From the NCBI GenBank assembly GCA_963717145.1, contig OY970325.1:1408001-1472000 (forward strand): 64,000 bases of DNA. Reading direction: 5' to 3'. Shown here one piece after another: positions 47,303-58,525 of this stretch. A program made the position numbers and the translations under genes. Numbering within the stretch: position 1 is the stretch's first letter; each line of letters opens with the position of its first letter. The DNA is from an uncultured Armatimonadetes bacterium (GTDB lineage Bacteria; Armatimonadota; UBA5829; DTJY01). Below the pieces are notes generated by a model. It had not been told where the DNA came from, made no database searches, and saw only the letters and a program-made list of their open reading frames with translations.

Positions 47303-48966
47303 CTATATCTCCATCACGACGGGGATCACGATCGGACGGCGATGGGTCCGCGCGTAGAGAAGCTTGGCGACCGCTCTCTTCACGTCGTCCTTCACTGTGC
47401 TCCATTCGGTGGCCGCATCGACGGTTATCCCGCCGATTGTGTCCAACACGACCTGTTTCGCCTCTTCGATCAGTTCCTCCGCCTCTTCCATAAAGACGAA
47501 TCCGCGCGAGACCAGGTCCGGGCCGGCTACCAGCTCGCCGGTGGACTTGTCAATGCTCAGCACGATCACGAATATGCCGTCCTGCGCCAGATGGCGCCTG
47601 TCCCTGAGAACCACATCACCGACATCGCCAACCCCTATGCCGTCCACCAGCACGTCGCCCGATGGGACCTTGCCGGTAACGGAGGCTCCATCCGGGCCGA
47701 TCTCGAGGATGTCGCCGACCTCCATCTTGAAGATGTTCTCGCCGGGAATGAGCATCTCCTGAGCAAGCTCAACGTACTTCACGACGTGCCTGTACTCACC
47801 ATGCACGGGCACGACGTACTCCGGCCGCGTGAGGTTGAGCATCAGCTTCAGTTCGTCGCGGTTGGCGTGCCCGGAGACGTGTACGGGGGTGATTGCGTCG
47901 TAGATGACTTCCGCGCCTCGCTTGAAGAGGTGGTTGATCGTGCGCATGACCAGGTCCTCGTTGCCCGGAATCGGAGTCGCAGATATGATCACGGTATCTC
48001 CGGGCTCGACCTTCACCTTGGGGAACTCGTCCATCGCCATGCGCGTAAGCGCGGACAGCGGTTCGCCCTGACTGCCCGTGGTAAGGACAACGACCTCGAC
48101 CGGGAAGTAGTCCTTCACGTCCTCGAGCCGGATAAATGTGTCCGCCGGGATCTGCAGATACCCCAGTTCCTGCGCTATTTCCGTATTCCTGGCCATACTT
48201 CGCCCGGCGATGGCGACTTTCCGTCCAAAGCGCACAGCCGTGTCGATGGCCTGCTGGATGCGATTGATGTTCGAGGCAAAAGTGGCGATGAAGATCCGCC
48301 CCTGGAGACTGAGAATATCTCCTGGAATGCATTCGCCACAATACGCTCTGACGGAGTGTGCCCGGCTTTCTCGACGTTCGTGCAGTCGCTCATGAGAAGG
48401 AGGACACCATCCTCGCCGAGTTGAGCGAATCTGGCGAAATCCACGAACTTGCCATCGGCGGGCGTCTGGTCGAACTTGAAGTCCCCGGTGTGGACTATGG
48501 TGCCTATGGGGAGGTGAACCGCCAATCCGACGCCGTCCGGGATACTGTGGCTCACACGAATGAACTCGATGTCGAACACGCCAAGCTTGATCGTGTCGCC
48601 CGGCTCGATCTCGTTCATCTCGGTCGTCTCGACGAGCCCGTGCTCCTCGAGTTTCGCTCGCAAGAGTCCCATCGTCAGCCGGGTGCCCCATATCGGCAGG
48701 TTGATCTGCTTCAGAACATAGGGTAGCGCGCCGATATGGTCCTCGTGCCCATGCGTGAGGACGATCCCCTGAACTCTGTCGGCGTTCTCGACCAGATAGG
48801 TGACGTCCGGGATAACGATGTCAACGCCGAGCATGTCCTCGTCGGGAAACATGAGCCCGCAGTCGACGACCAGCATCTGATCGCCATACTCGATGACGCT
48901 CATGTTCTTGCCGATTTCGCACACACCGCCAAGGGGAATGTATTTCAGTGTTGGTTCGTTGGTCAA
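47303..48966 (-). CDS. rnj: Ribonuclease J with an apparent frameshift near 48300
   Basis: PLGGVCEIGKN, THGHEDHIG and HTGDFK in one frame; TGSQGEP, HVSGHA and PVHGE in the next. Confidence 0.9.
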
Positions 48967-49997
48967 CGGCTTTCGATCATACCTTTCGCGATCAACAACT
49001 CCGCGATCTGGACGGCATTCAGGGCCGCACCCTTGCGGAGGTTGTCGGAAACAACCCACATGCTCAGGCCGGTCGGGATGAACGGATCCTCTCGGATCCT
49101 CCCGATGAAGGTCTCGTCCCTGCCCGATGCCTCGATCGGCATCGGATAGGTCCGGAAGTTCTTATCGTCGTCGGTGGGCCTGGCGTCGTCGATCACAGCA
49201 CAGCCCGGAGCCTTCGAGAGGATCTCCCTGGCCTCGGCCGCAGTGATCTTCTCCTCGGTCTCTATGTAGACCGCCTCGGAGTGGGAGTTGAACACGGGCA
49301 CGCGGACGGTGGTCGGCGTAACCTTGATCTCATTGTCGCCAAGGATCTTGTGCGTCTCGGCGACCATCTTCCACTCCTCGGTGGTGTACCCGTCTTCCCG
49401 GAAGCTTCCGATGTGGGGAAGCAGGTTGAACCCGATCTGATAGGGATAGACCTGCGGCGCGTCTATGTCCTTGCCCTGGACGAGGAGCACGGACTCGTCG
49501 TGTAACTCCTTGATGGCATCCCGACCCGTGCCGGATACCGCCTGATAAGTCGTGACGACGATCCGCGTGATCCTCGAGCGGTCGTAGAGCGGTTGAAGCG
49601 CCACCACCATCTGAATAGTCGAGCAGTTCGGGTTGGCGATGACACCCTTGTGCCAGGAGACATCGTCCGGATTGCATTCCGGGACGACCAGCGGAACGTT
49701 CTCGTCCATGCGGAAGGTGTTCGAATTATCGATGACCACCGCTCCACGGTTAGCCGCTTCCCATGCAAATATCTTACTCGCTCCCTCGGTTCCGGCGAAC
49801 AGCACTATGTCCACGCCATCGAACGCCTCGGGGGTAGTCGGCTCGACGTTGTAGCTCCGTCCGCCGACTTTGATCTCCCTCGCCGAGCGGGCGAGCACCT
49901 TCAACTCGTTGATCGGAAAATCGCGTTGCGCAAGGACGTTCAGCATCTCCTCGCCGACAGCGCCTGCTCCCACTACTGCTACATTGTAACTGCCCAT
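48963..49997 (-). CDS. asd: Aspartate-semialdehyde dehydrogenase
   Basis: NPNCSTIQ, QAVSGTG, VRVPV..HSE and DNLRKGAALNAVQIAE motifs. Confidence 0.95.
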   Translation of the reverse strand: MGSYNVAVVGAGAVGEEMLNVLAQRDFPINELKVLARSAREIKVGGRSYNVEPTTPEAFDGVDIVLFAGTEGASKIFAWEAANRGAVVIDNSNTFRMDENVPLVVPECNPDDVSWHKGVIANPNCSTIQMVVALQPLYDRSRITRIVVTTYQAVSGTGRDAIKELHDESVLLVQGKDIDAPQVYPYQIGFNLLPHIGSFREDGYTTEEWKMVAETHKILGDNEIKVTPTTVRVPVFNSHSEAVYIETEEKITAAEAREILSKAPGCAVIDDARPTDDDKNFRTYPMPIEASGRDETFIGRIREDPFIPTGLSMWVVSDNLRKGAALNAVQIAELLIAKGMIESR

Positions 49998-50011
49998 GAA
50001 TGCCCCCTACC

Positions 50012-50803
50012 CTATATAAGATTCTCAAGTCCCCAGATGACTTGTTTGAGTCCAACGGACTTCCTGATCGCCAGCAGAACGCCCGGCACGTACGATTTCC
50101 TATTGAACGCATCGTGGCGGATCGTGAGCGTCTGCCCCGGGCCGCCGAACAGGACCTCCTGGTGGGCCTCGAAGCCCGGAAGCCGCACACTGTGAACCCG
50201 GATGCCGTCGAAGTCACCGCCTCTCGACGGAGCGGATGCGCTTGGAGCCTGCGCCGGCTCCTCTTCCCGCGCCTCGGCCAGCAGCCTGGCGGTGAGGATC
50301 GCGGTTCCGGACGGCGCGTCGAGCTTCTTGTCGTGATGCAGTTCGATGATCTCGACATTCGGGAAGTACTTCACGGCCTCGGTCGCCATCTTCATCATCA
50401 GCACTGCGCCGATCGAGAAGTTCGGGGCGATGATCGCTCCGACTCCACGCTCAGCGGCCATCTGCTTGATCTGCTCGATGTCCTCCCGAGTGATGCCGGT
50501 CGTGCCGACGATGGGAACCGCCCCTGCCTTCATGGATGCCCGAATGCTCTCCATGCCCGCGGCCGGGACCGTCACGACGACCACCGCATCGGCCGCTGTC
50601 CGGCTCAGGGTCTCCGCCAGGTCCGACGTGATCGTCACCGCACTGTCGACGCCGAGTGCTGCCGACACGGTCTGACCGGCATATGCCGGGTCAACCGCAC
50701 CGACGAGAGCCATCTCGGGGGCCGCGCCGGTCACCCCGCCAACTACTTCTCTACCAAGACGCCCACCGGCGCCTGCGACTATGACTCGAATTGGGTCGCT
50801 CAT
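50012..50803 (-). CDS. dapB: 4-hydroxy-tetrahydrodipicolinate reductase
   Basis: GTTG, APNFSIG and ELHHDKKLDAPSGTA motifs. Confidence 0.95.
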   Translation of the reverse strand: MSDPIRVIVAGAGGRLGREVVGGVTGAAPEMALVGAVDPAYAGQTVSAALGVDSAVTITSDLAETLSRTAADAVVVVTVPAAGMESIRASMKAGAVPIVGTTGITREDIEQIKQMAAERGVGAIIAPNFSIGAVLMMKMATEAVKYFPNVEIIELHHDKKLDAPSGTAILTARLLAEAREEEPAQAPSASAPSRGGDFDGIRVHSVRLPGFEAHQEVLFGGPGQTLTIRHDAFNRKSYVPGVLLAIRKSVGLKQVIWGLENLI

Positions 50804-50808
50804 CTGCC

Positions 50809-52044
50809 TTATTGCTTCAATACTTTGAATGGACCGATCGCCGCCATCGGGAAATCAGACTCGATGAAAAGCCGACGCGCTACTTCTTTGACATCGGTAT
50901 GAGTTACATTCGTTACCTTCCCGATCAGCTCCTCCATCGGGATGATGCAGCCGTAGTACAGCTCGGATTTCGCCATGCGCATCATGCGGTTGCTCATGTT
51001 CTCCTGACCGAGCACGAGAGCGCCTTTGATCTGGTTCTTAGCGCGGGTCAGTTCGAGGTCCGACACGCCGTTGGCGCCCATATCGTCGAACTGCTCCCTG
51101 ACCACCTTCAACACTTCCTCCATGTGGTCGAGACTCGTCCCGCAATAGACTGCGAACAGGCCGCCTTCATTGTAGGACGCCGAGTAGGAGCCGATGGAAT
51201 ATGCGAGTCCGCGAGTCTCTCGGATCTCCTGGAAGAGCCGCGAACTCATTCCGCCGCCCAGGATCGTATCTATGAGCGCAAGCGGGTACTTCGCGTCGTC
51301 GAGGTGCGAGTAGCCCCTGGTACCGATGCAGAAGTGCACTTGCTCGGTGTCCTTGTGCGTCATGACGGTCTCAGCAGAGAACAGCGGAGCGGTGCGCGAC
51401 AGATCGAGCTTCGAGCCCGTCAGCCCACCATACAATCCGGCGACCTGCTCGACGAACTCCTCGTGTACCAGGTTTCCCGCTGCGGCAACTACGACCGTAT
51501 CCGGTGCATAGCGGCTCCGAATGAAGCTGACCAGGTCCTCGCGCGTGAGGTTGCCCACGGTCTCACTCGTCCCGAGCACCGGCCGGCCGAGCGGATGGCC
51601 GCTCCACACGAGTTGGGCGAACATATCGTGGATCAGGTCGTCCGGGGAGTCCTCATGGCGCTTGATCTCCTCCAGGACGACGCCCTTCTCCAGTTCGATC
51701 TCGCTGGGGTCGAGCTTGGAGTTGAGGAACATATCGGATAGCACACCGACTGCCATCGGGAGATGCTCTTTCAGTACCCTGGCGAAGTAGCACGTATACT
51801 CCTTCTCGGTGAATGCGTTCAGTTGGCCGCCGACTGAGTCGAACTCGTCTGCGATCTGCTTGGCGGTTCGTGATTCGGTACCTTTGAAGAGCATGTGCTC
51901 CAGGAAGTGGGAAACGCCCTGATTGGTATCATCCTCACACCGAGCGCCCGACCCGGCCCATACGCCGACCGACACCGACTGCACGTGTGGTACTGTCTCG
52001 GTGAGGATGCGCACGCCGTTTGGGAGAACATCTTTCTTAGTCAT
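50809..52044 (-). CDS. M16 (pitrilysin) family zinc peptidase
   Basis: HFLEHMLFKGT, NAFTEKE and SSRLFQEIRE..GLAY motifs. Confidence 0.92.
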   Translation of the reverse strand: MTKKDVLPNGVRILTETVPHVQSVSVGVWAGSGARCEDDTNQGVSHFLEHMLFKGTESRTAKQIADEFDSVGGQLNAFTEKEYTCYFARVLKEHLPMAVGVLSDMFLNSKLDPSEIELEKGVVLEEIKRHEDSPDDLIHDMFAQLVWSGHPLGRPVLGTSETVGNLTREDLVSFIRSRYAPDTVVVAAAGNLVHEEFVEQVAGLYGGLTGSKLDLSRTAPLFSAETVMTHKDTEQVHFCIGTRGYSHLDDAKYPLALIDTILGGGMSSRLFQEIRETRGLAYSIGSYSASYNEGGLFAVYCGTSLDHMEEVLKVVREQFDDMGANGVSDLELTRAKNQIKGALVLGQENMSNRMMRMAKSELYYGCIIPMEELIGKVTNVTHTDVKEVARRLFIESDFPMAAIGPFKVLKQ

Positions 52045-52178
52045 AGGTGGATCCACTGTGGCGACTCAAACGCCCGGTTGGCATAACATACGACAATCAG
52101 GGGATCGATGATCCCCTGATTGTGCGGTATCTTCTCGTAGAGACCTGGAGGGCGGGCCAAAGGCGCCGGCCCTACGGA

Positions 52179-54422
52179 TCATCGTTTTGGCCGGAATCTG
52201 GCCTGAGGCATCGCCTCGTCAGACGCATCCTCGCGGCGATCTCCTGCACGGCCGTTTTCACCGCCGGGGACGCCGCCTCGCGGCTCGTCGTCCCTGTGCC
52301 CGCCGCCGTCACCGCGCGATCGATCCTGGCCGCGACCTTCGTCGCCTGCATCGTCGCAGCCCTTGCGGGTGAGGCTGATCTTCCCCTGCGGGTTCATCTC
52401 GAGCACCTTGACCTTCAGTTCGTCGCCGACTTTGGCAATGTCCTCGGTCCGCTCGACGCGGTACGGCGCGAGTTCGGAGATGTGCACCAAACCCTCGCGG
52501 CCGGGCAGGATCTCGACGAACGCGCCGAACGGCATCGTCCGTGTAACCCTGCCGACATAGGTCTCGCCCGGCTTCACCTCGCGGGTGATGTCGTCCACCA
52601 TCTTGAGGGCGGCTTCTCCGCCTGCCTTGTCGATGGAGGTGATGTATACGTGGCCGTCCTGCTCGATGCTGAGGCTGGCCCCGGTCTCGGCCTCGATCTT
52701 CTTGATGACTTTTCCGCCCGGGCCGATCACATCGCCGATCTTCTCGGGGTTGATCTCGATGATGAGCACCCTCGGCGCATACGGCGACATCTCTTCTCTC
52801 GGCGCTGCGATAGCTTTCAGCATCTCTCCGAGGATGTGCAGCCGAGCCGTCTTGGCCTGGGCGAGCGCGTCCTTCACGACGTCCATCGAGATTCCCTCGA
52901 TCTTCGTGTCCATCTGGATCGCGGTGATACCATCTGCACTGCCGGCGACCTTGAAGTCCATGTCGCCCGAGAAGTCCTCCATGCCCTGTATGTCGCTCAG
53001 GACGACGTACTTATCGCCCTCGGACATCAGGCCCATCGCTGCTCCGGCCACAGGCGCCTTGATCTTGACGCCGGCATCCATGAGTGCGAGTGTACTTCCG
53101 CAGACGCTCGCCATCGAACTGGAGCCGTTGGACTCGAGGATCTCGCTCGTGAGCAACAACGCGTACGGAAACTCCTCCTGAGGAGGGATCATCGGCTGCA
53201 GGGCCTTCTCGGCCAGCGATCCGTGACCAACTTCTCTTCGTCCCGGTCCGCGCATCGGCTTGGTCTCGCCGGTGCTGAACGGGAGGAAGTTGTAGAAGTG
53301 CATGTAGCGCTTGTAGCCATCTTCCTCGAGCGTATCTACCATCTGAGCATCGTCGAGCGCGCCCAGCGTTAGAGTCGTGAGCGCCTGAGTCTGTCCACGC
53401 GTGAAGAGGCCGGACCCGTGAACTCTCGGGAGCAGACCTGCCTGGCAGCTTATCGGACGAACCTCATCGGGCCGTCTGCCGTCGGGTCGGATGTTCTTCT
53501 CGAAGATCAACTTTCGGACGGCTTCTTTGACAACCTTGTCCACGGCCTCGCAGAGTTCAGTCTCGCGCTCCGGGAAATCGGGAGCCATTCGGGCAACGAT
53601 CTCCTGGTTGAGAATCTTAATGCCCTCTTCGCGCGTCGCCTTGTCCGGCTGCTGGATGGCATCCATGATGTCCGCACCGGCGGCATCGCGAACGGCCTGT
53701 ACGAGTTCGGGATCCGTCTTGTGCATCTCGACCTCGGTCTTGGGCTGTCCGACCTTCCGAACAAGCTCCAGTTGCAGTTCGCAGATCCGCTTGATCTCCG
53801 TGTGCGCGATCTTGATCGCCTCGAGGACGTCTTCCTCGGTGACTACCTTGGCATCTGCATCCACCGTCGTGACGGTGCTGCACGTGCCGGCGACCACCAT
53901 ATTGATCTCTGACGTCTTGAGGGCTTCGAGCGAGGGGTTGATCACCCACTCGCCGTCAATCCTCCCCATTCGCACTGCGCCAACCGGTCCGGCGAAAGGA
54001 ATGCGGGAGATGCTCAGAGCCGCGGACGCGCCGATCATGGCGAGGATGTCGCCGGGGATGTCGCGGTCGAATGAAAACGGAATGGCGACGACCTGGACCT
54101 CATGCCTCATTCCATCGGGGAACAGAGGTCGAAGGGGTCGGTCGATCAGTCGTGAAGTGGTAATAGCCTTCTCGGAGGGGCGGCCTCCGCGCTTTACGAA
54201 ACCACCGGGGATCTTGCCTACAGCGTACTTCCGCTCTTCATAGTCGCAGGACAGCGGGAAGAAGTCGCATCCCGCCCGCGGTGCGGCACTCATCGTAGCG
54301 GTGGCCAGGACGAGCGTGTCGCCCATCGTGACTACGACGGAGCCATCCGCCTGCTTGGCGAGTTCGCCCGTCTGGATCGTCAGCGTCTTACCGCCGAGTT
54401 CCATCTCTACCTTGTCAATCAT
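52179..54422 (-). CDS. pnp: Polyribonucleotide nucleotidyltransferase
   Basis: [27 protein letters not shown] and GDMDFKVAG motifs; KH and S1 domains. Confidence 0.97.
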   Translation of the reverse strand: MIDKVEMELGGKTLTIQTGELAKQADGSVVVTMGDTLVLATATMSAAPRAGCDFFPLSCDYEERKYAVGKIPGGFVKRGGRPSEKAITTSRLIDRPLRPLFPDGMRHEVQVVAIPFSFDRDIPGDILAMIGASAALSISRIPFAGPVGAVRMGRIDGEWVINPSLEALKTSEINMVVAGTCSTVTTVDADAKVVTEEDVLEAIKIAHTEIKRICELQLELVRKVGQPKTEVEMHKTDPELVQAVRDAAGADIMDAIQQPDKATREEGIKILNQEIVARMAPDFPERETELCEAVDKVVKEAVRKLIFEKNIRPDGRRPDEVRPISCQAGLLPRVHGSGLFTRGQTQALTTLTLGALDDAQMVDTLEEDGYKRYMHFYNFLPFSTGETKPMRGPGRREVGHGSLAEKALQPMIPPQEEFPYALLLTSEILESNGSSSMASVCGSTLALMDAGVKIKAPVAGAAMGLMSEGDKYVVLSDIQGMEDFSGDMDFKVAGSADGITAIQMDTKIEGISMDVVKDALAQAKTARLHILGEMLKAIAAPREEMSPYAPRVLIIEINPEKIGDVIGPGGKVIKKIEAETGASLSIEQDGHVYITSIDKAGGEAALKMVDDITREVKPGETYVGRVTRTMPFGAFVEILPGREGLVHISELAPYRVERTEDIAKVGDELKVKVLEMNPQGKISLTRKGCDDAGDEGRGQDRSRGDGGGHRDDEPRGGVPGGENGRAGDRREDASDEAMPQARFRPKR

Positions 54423-54437
54423 TTAGTTTTCTGTCTC

Positions 54438-54707
54438 CTATCTTCTCAGACCAAGCCGTGCAACGACCGAGCGGTAGCGCTCGATGTCCTTCTTGCTGAG
54501 GTAGTTCAGCAGCCTGCGCCGCTGGCCGACCATCATGAGGAGGCCGCGCCGAGAGTGGTGGTCCTTTTTGTGGATCTTGAGGTGCTCTGTGAGCTGATTG
54601 ATCCTCGCGCTCAATAGCGCGACCTGCACCTCCGGAGAGCCCGTATCACCCTCGTGCGTGCTGTACTCGACTATGATGGTGGTCTTCTCTTCCTTCTGCA
54701 TAGTCAT
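54438..54707 (-). CDS. rpsO: 30S ribosomal protein S15
   Basis: [12 protein letters not shown] and [11 protein letters not shown] motifs. Confidence 0.98.
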   Translation of the reverse strand: MTMQKEEKTTIIVEYSTHEGDTGSPEVQVALLSARINQLTEHLKIHKKDHHSRRGLLMMVGQRRRLLNYLSKKDIERYRSVVARLGLRR

Positions 54708-54911
54708 TTGCGCGTCAATTCCTCCTGGAATTAGTGGGCGTCGTGCTGCAGGTGGCCGATGGAGACATTTGGGGAAGCTATAGACAGAAGACTGGGGGTG
54801 GAGTCTGTCAGCAAACTAATCCACAGTCTCTTGTCTACGGCCTCCCGGTTGAATTCATCAGCCAACCAGCAGGCAAACGTCGTAACACTTTACCATACTT
54901 GCGTGCACCTG

Positions 54912-55838
54912 TCAAATCGCGAGCAGCGACTTCGCCTGATCCACGTCCCTGGTTATCTGCTCGATGAGGCTCTCCGAATCCGCAAACCGCATCTCATCCC
55001 TGAGCCGATGATGAAATGCGACCTCGATCTCCTCGCCATATATATCGTCGGAGAAGCCGATAATGTAAACCTCTATGCTTATCGCGCCGTCATCGAACGT
55101 GGGCCGTGTGCCGATACTCGCGACCCCGCTGAACCGCCCGTGCCTGAGCATCACCTCGACGGCATAGACACCGTTCGCGGGCACGATCTGTCGCTCGACC
55201 GCGGCAACGTTGGCTGTCGGAAACCCCAGCTTCCGGCCAAGCCCGTGCCCGGCGACCACTTTGCCATCGAGTATGAACGGTCGGCCAAGGAACTGGGCTG
55301 CCTTCAGGACATCTCCCCCGGCGATCAGGCCTCTGATGGCCGTGCTGCTGACAATCGCGCGTTCCACGACGACCGGCGGGACGACCGTGACCGCAAAACC
55401 GAGATTGCCGCCCATCTCGCTCAGAAGCTCGACGTTCCCTGCCCTACCCTTTCCGAAAACGAAGCTCATGCCGACCACAACCTCCGCGGCTCGCAGCCTC
55501 TCCACCAGTACTTCGTGAACGAACTCCTCGGCGGGCATAGAGAACAACTTTCGGTCGGCCTCGAGTACGACGGCATGGTCGAGTCCCTGGTGGGCGATCA
55601 GGTCGATCTTCTGGCGGATGGAGGTGATGTATGGGGGCGCGGACTCCGGGTTGAAGGCCTCCTCGGGCAGACGGTCGAAAGTGATGGCGACCGAACGCGC
55701 CTTGTGCCGATGTGCCGTCTCGCGCAAGGTCCGCATGATGGCCTGGTGACCAAGGTGGACGCCGTCGAACACGCCGATGGTGACGACTGATCGGCCGTGT
55801 TGCTCTGTCAAGTTGTCGAGTCCCCAGGTTATTTCCAT
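54912..55838 (-). CDS. ribF: Riboflavin kinase/FAD synthetase
   Basis: GVFDGVHLGHQ, SSTAIR, GFPTAN and GTRPTF motifs. Confidence 0.96.
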   Translation of the reverse strand: MEITWGLDNLTEQHGRSVVTIGVFDGVHLGHQAIMRTLRETAHRHKARSVAITFDRLPEEAFNPESAPPYITSIRQKIDLIAHQGLDHAVVLEADRKLFSMPAEEFVHEVLVERLRAAEVVVGMSFVFGKGRAGNVELLSEMGGNLGFAVTVVPPVVVERAIVSSTAIRGLIAGGDVLKAAQFLGRPFILDGKVVAGHGLGRKLGFPTANVAAVERQIVPANGVYAVEVMLRHGRFSGVASIGTRPTFDDGAISIEVYIIGFSDDIYGEEIEVAFHHRLRDEMRFADSESLIEQITRDVDQAKSLLAI

Positions 55839-55900
55839 GGCAGTTCAACGTTCCGATCCGTAGCGAACGACCACCGGCGGAACGGCACGGCGGCCGTTCC

Positions 55901-56800
55901 CTACGCGTCCACGAACATCTTCTCCGGCTTGAACACCAGGATGCCTGCACGGACACGCAGGATACCGATGCCCAGCAGCCGGCCTTCGGGGTCGTGAAGC
56001 CGGACGAGCGAGCCGGCCGCGGGCGCATCAGGCACCTCCTCGGCCGGAATCTCTGTGCCGTGCAGGGCCTTCTCCGCCTGCTCACCGGTAAGTCGCACTG
56101 ACACCATATCACTCAGTACTTCGTCGATGGGATGCAGAGCCCCTTCGAACCGTCCGGCATCCACCTCATCGAGAGCAACGGCGTCCTCCGCGCGAAACCG
56201 TCCGATTGCGGTGCGCACGAGGGCTGACATATGCCCGCCGCAGTCGAGAGACCGCCCAATGTCGGCACACAGCGTCCGAATGTAGGTACCTTTGGAACAA
56301 TCGACATCCAGCACCGCGGTGGGTCGCGTACCCGGCTGGAAGTCGATCAGCTTTATCGAGTGGATCTCGATCTCCCGTGGCTCGCGTTCGACCGTCTTCC
56401 CGGCGCGAGCAAGGTCGTAGAGTCGCTTGCCCTCATGATGGACTGCCGAGACCATCGGCGGGACCTGTCGGATCTTGCCGACGAACCGGGGGAGAATGCT
56501 TTCGGTGAGATCGCGTGTGACGTATGCGGCCTCCGCCTCGCGGGTCGTCGCGCCGGTGGAGTCCTCGCTGTCAGTCTCGATGCCGAAAACCGCTGTCGCG
56601 CGATATGATTTCGGCCAGTCCAACAGATATTCTACGATGCGGGTCGCCTTCCCCAGGCAAACTAGCAGCACTCCGGATGCCAGCGGATCCAGCGTCCCTG
56701 AATGACCGACCCTCTTGATGCCCGCGGCCCGCCGAACGTGAGCCACGACGTCATGGGAGGTGGGTCCGGAGGGCTTGTTGACGTTTAGTACCCCATGCAT
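55901..56800 (-). CDS. truB: tRNA pseudouridine(55) synthase
   Basis: KPSGPTSHD, GHSGTLDP and CSKGTYIRTL motifs. Confidence 0.96.
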   Translation of the reverse strand: MHGVLNVNKPSGPTSHDVVAHVRRAAGIKRVGHSGTLDPLASGVLLVCLGKATRIVEYLLDWPKSYRATAVFGIETDSEDSTGATTREAEAAYVTRDLTESILPRFVGKIRQVPPMVSAVHHEGKRLYDLARAGKTVEREPREIEIHSIKLIDFQPGTRPTAVLDVDCSKGTYIRTLCADIGRSLDCGGHMSALVRTAIGRFRAEDAVALDEVDAGRFEGALHPIDEVLSDMVSVRLTGEQAEKALHGTEIPAEEVPDAPAAGSLVRLHDPEGRLLGIGILRVRAGILVFKPEKMFVDA

Positions 56801-57759
56801 GTCTTCACCGCATCAATCACGAGCTTCTGGGCCGCATCGAGGGGTTCATTCAACGTGCAGCCCGATGCCAGAGGATGTCCCCCACCCCCAAACAGCCTGG
56901 CTACCTGGCTTACATCAAGACCCTCGACGGAGCGAAGGCTCACGCGGGTCGCCCCATCCGGCGCCTCTCGGAAGAAGAGGCCGACTTCAACGCCGTGAAT
57001 CGACTTGACATAGTTGGGTATCCCCTCTGTGTCGGCATCGGAAGCGCCGGCCTCCCGGAGTTGGTCCTGCGAAACCGACGCGTACGCGATCCGGCCTTCG
57101 GCGGTCGTTTGCAGTGTTGAGAGCGTCAGGCCGAGCACTTTGATGCTGGAAAAGGAGCGGGCCTCGTAGACTTGATGCGCGATGGTGCTTGCCGAGGCGC
57201 CGCCATCCACCAGATCAGCCGCGGTCCGAAGTGTCGAGGAGCGCACGTTGCTGAATCGGAACGAGCCGGTGTCCGTGATGATGCCCGTGAGCAGACAGGT
57301 GGCGATGTCTGCTGTCATCTCGATCCCCAAGGCCTCGAGGAGCGGGACGAGCAGTTCCGCCGTGGAGGCCAGACTGCGGTCGAGCAGCACGAGTGGCGTT
57401 TCACGCTTGGGGCCCGGATGATGGTCGATCTCGACCAGCGTAGGGCATGAGCGAACGGTTTCGAGCGCGTCGCCAGTGCGCTCGAGGTCTTCGCAGTCCA
57501 CCGTGATCGCCACCTCGCAAGGCTCCCCGGCCGGAGCGACCTGAACGATGTCCTCGCTCCCCGGCAAGAAGCGATAGAGGTCCGGAACGCCCTCCAGGGA
57601 TAACACGGTGACCTGCTTGCCGAGCCGTCGCAGCCCGATGCCGAGGGCACACATGGAGCCCAGACAGTCGCCGTCCGGGTTCACGTGACCGACAATCAGA
57701 AAGGTGCCATTTCGCCGGATGGCGTCAACTATCGGTGGAATCTGGTTCTTCGGATTCAT
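56785..57759 (-). CDS. nrnA: DHH/DHHA1 oligoribonuclease/PAP phosphatase
   Basis: HVNPDGD, DHH, TDTGSF and GGGGH motifs. Confidence 0.9.
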   Translation of the reverse strand: MNPKNQIPPIVDAIRRNGTFLIVGHVNPDGDCLGSMCALGIGLRRLGKQVTVLSLEGVPDLYRFLPGSEDIVQVAPAGEPCEVAITVDCEDLERTGDALETVRSCPTLVEIDHHPGPKRETPLVLLDRSLASTAELLVPLLEALGIEMTADIATCLLTGIITDTGSFRFSNVRSSTLRTAADLVDGGASASTIAHQVYEARSFSSIKVLGLTLSTLQTTAEGRIAYASVSQDQLREAGASDADTEGIPNYVKSIHGVEVGLFFREAPDGATRVSLRSVEGLDVSQVARLFGGGGHPLASGCTLNEPLDAAQKLVIDAVKTCMGY

Positions 57760-58093
57760 GCTTTACTTGTTGGAGAAGCTCAAAGATGCGGACACCGTGC
57801 TCGACCGCCGTGTCGAGCTTGAAGGTGATCTGAGGGGTGAGCTTCATGGTCGACTTACGTCCGAACTCGCTGCGGATGAAGCCGGATGCTTTCTGCAGGA
57901 TCCTGATGCTGTCTTCCCGCTGCTCGTCATCCCCCATAACGCTGATGAAAACTGTGGCATGTCGGAGATCCTTGGACACATCCGCGCCCGTGACGGTCAC
58001 GAATCCCAGTCGGGGGTCCCTGATCTCCTTCAGGATGATATTGCTTACCTCGATCTTGAGGAGTTCCTTGACTTTCTCTTGCCTTGTTGACAT
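57725..58093 (-). CDS. rbfA: Ribosome-binding factor A
   Basis: IRDPRLGFVTVT, SKDL.HA and TPQITF..D motifs. Confidence 0.95.
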   Translation of the reverse strand: MSTRQEKVKELLKIEVSNIILKEIRDPRLGFVTVTGADVSKDLRHATVFISVMGDDEQREDSIRILQKASGFIRSEFGRKSTMKLTPQITFKLDTAVEHGVRIFELLQQVKHESEEPDSTDS

Positions 58094-58114
58094 ATTGGTA
58101 TCCATTCGCGCAGA

Positions 58115-58175
58115 TGGCCGTGCCTCCGTGCCGGCCATCACACATCGAAGGCCGGCACGGAGGCACGGCCACTAC
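58115..58175. repeat. GTAG-type REP inverted repeat (22-bp arms)
   Basis: tggccgtgcctccgtgccggcc...ggccggcacggaggcacggccactac. Confidence 0.85.
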
Positions 58176-58243
58176 ATGATACCCCCACCGCAGCACACGG
58201 AACCGCCAAGACGCCAAGAGCGCCAGGGGAGACTCAGATTCGT

Positions 58244-58525
58244 CTACAGGAATTCCACGCAGACGTCCTCGACGACGACCCTGGGGTTGCTCTCGATGAC
58301 CGCCAGCACCCTGTTCAGGACGGTGTTGGCGACGGATTGCTCATTACTGATGCAGGCGAAACCTACTATTGATCGCTGCCAGGCATCGAGCGCCCCAAGC
58401 TCGGCGGCGGAGATGTTGAACTTGTTCCTGATGCCGTCCAGGAGACTCTTGACGATCTGGCGCTTGTCCTTCAGCGACTGGCTGTCACTGATCATAAGAT
58501 TCGCAGTCAGCACCCCTACAATCAC
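58244..58525 (-). CDS. ylxP: DUF503 (YlxP) protein
   Basis: SLKDKR and FNISAAE..D.WQ motifs; position after infB. Confidence 0.9.
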   Translation of the reverse strand: MIVGVLTANLMISDSQSLKDKRQIVKSLLDGIRNKFNISAAELGALDAWQRSIVGFACISNEQSVANTVLNRVLAVIESNPRVVVEDVCVEFL

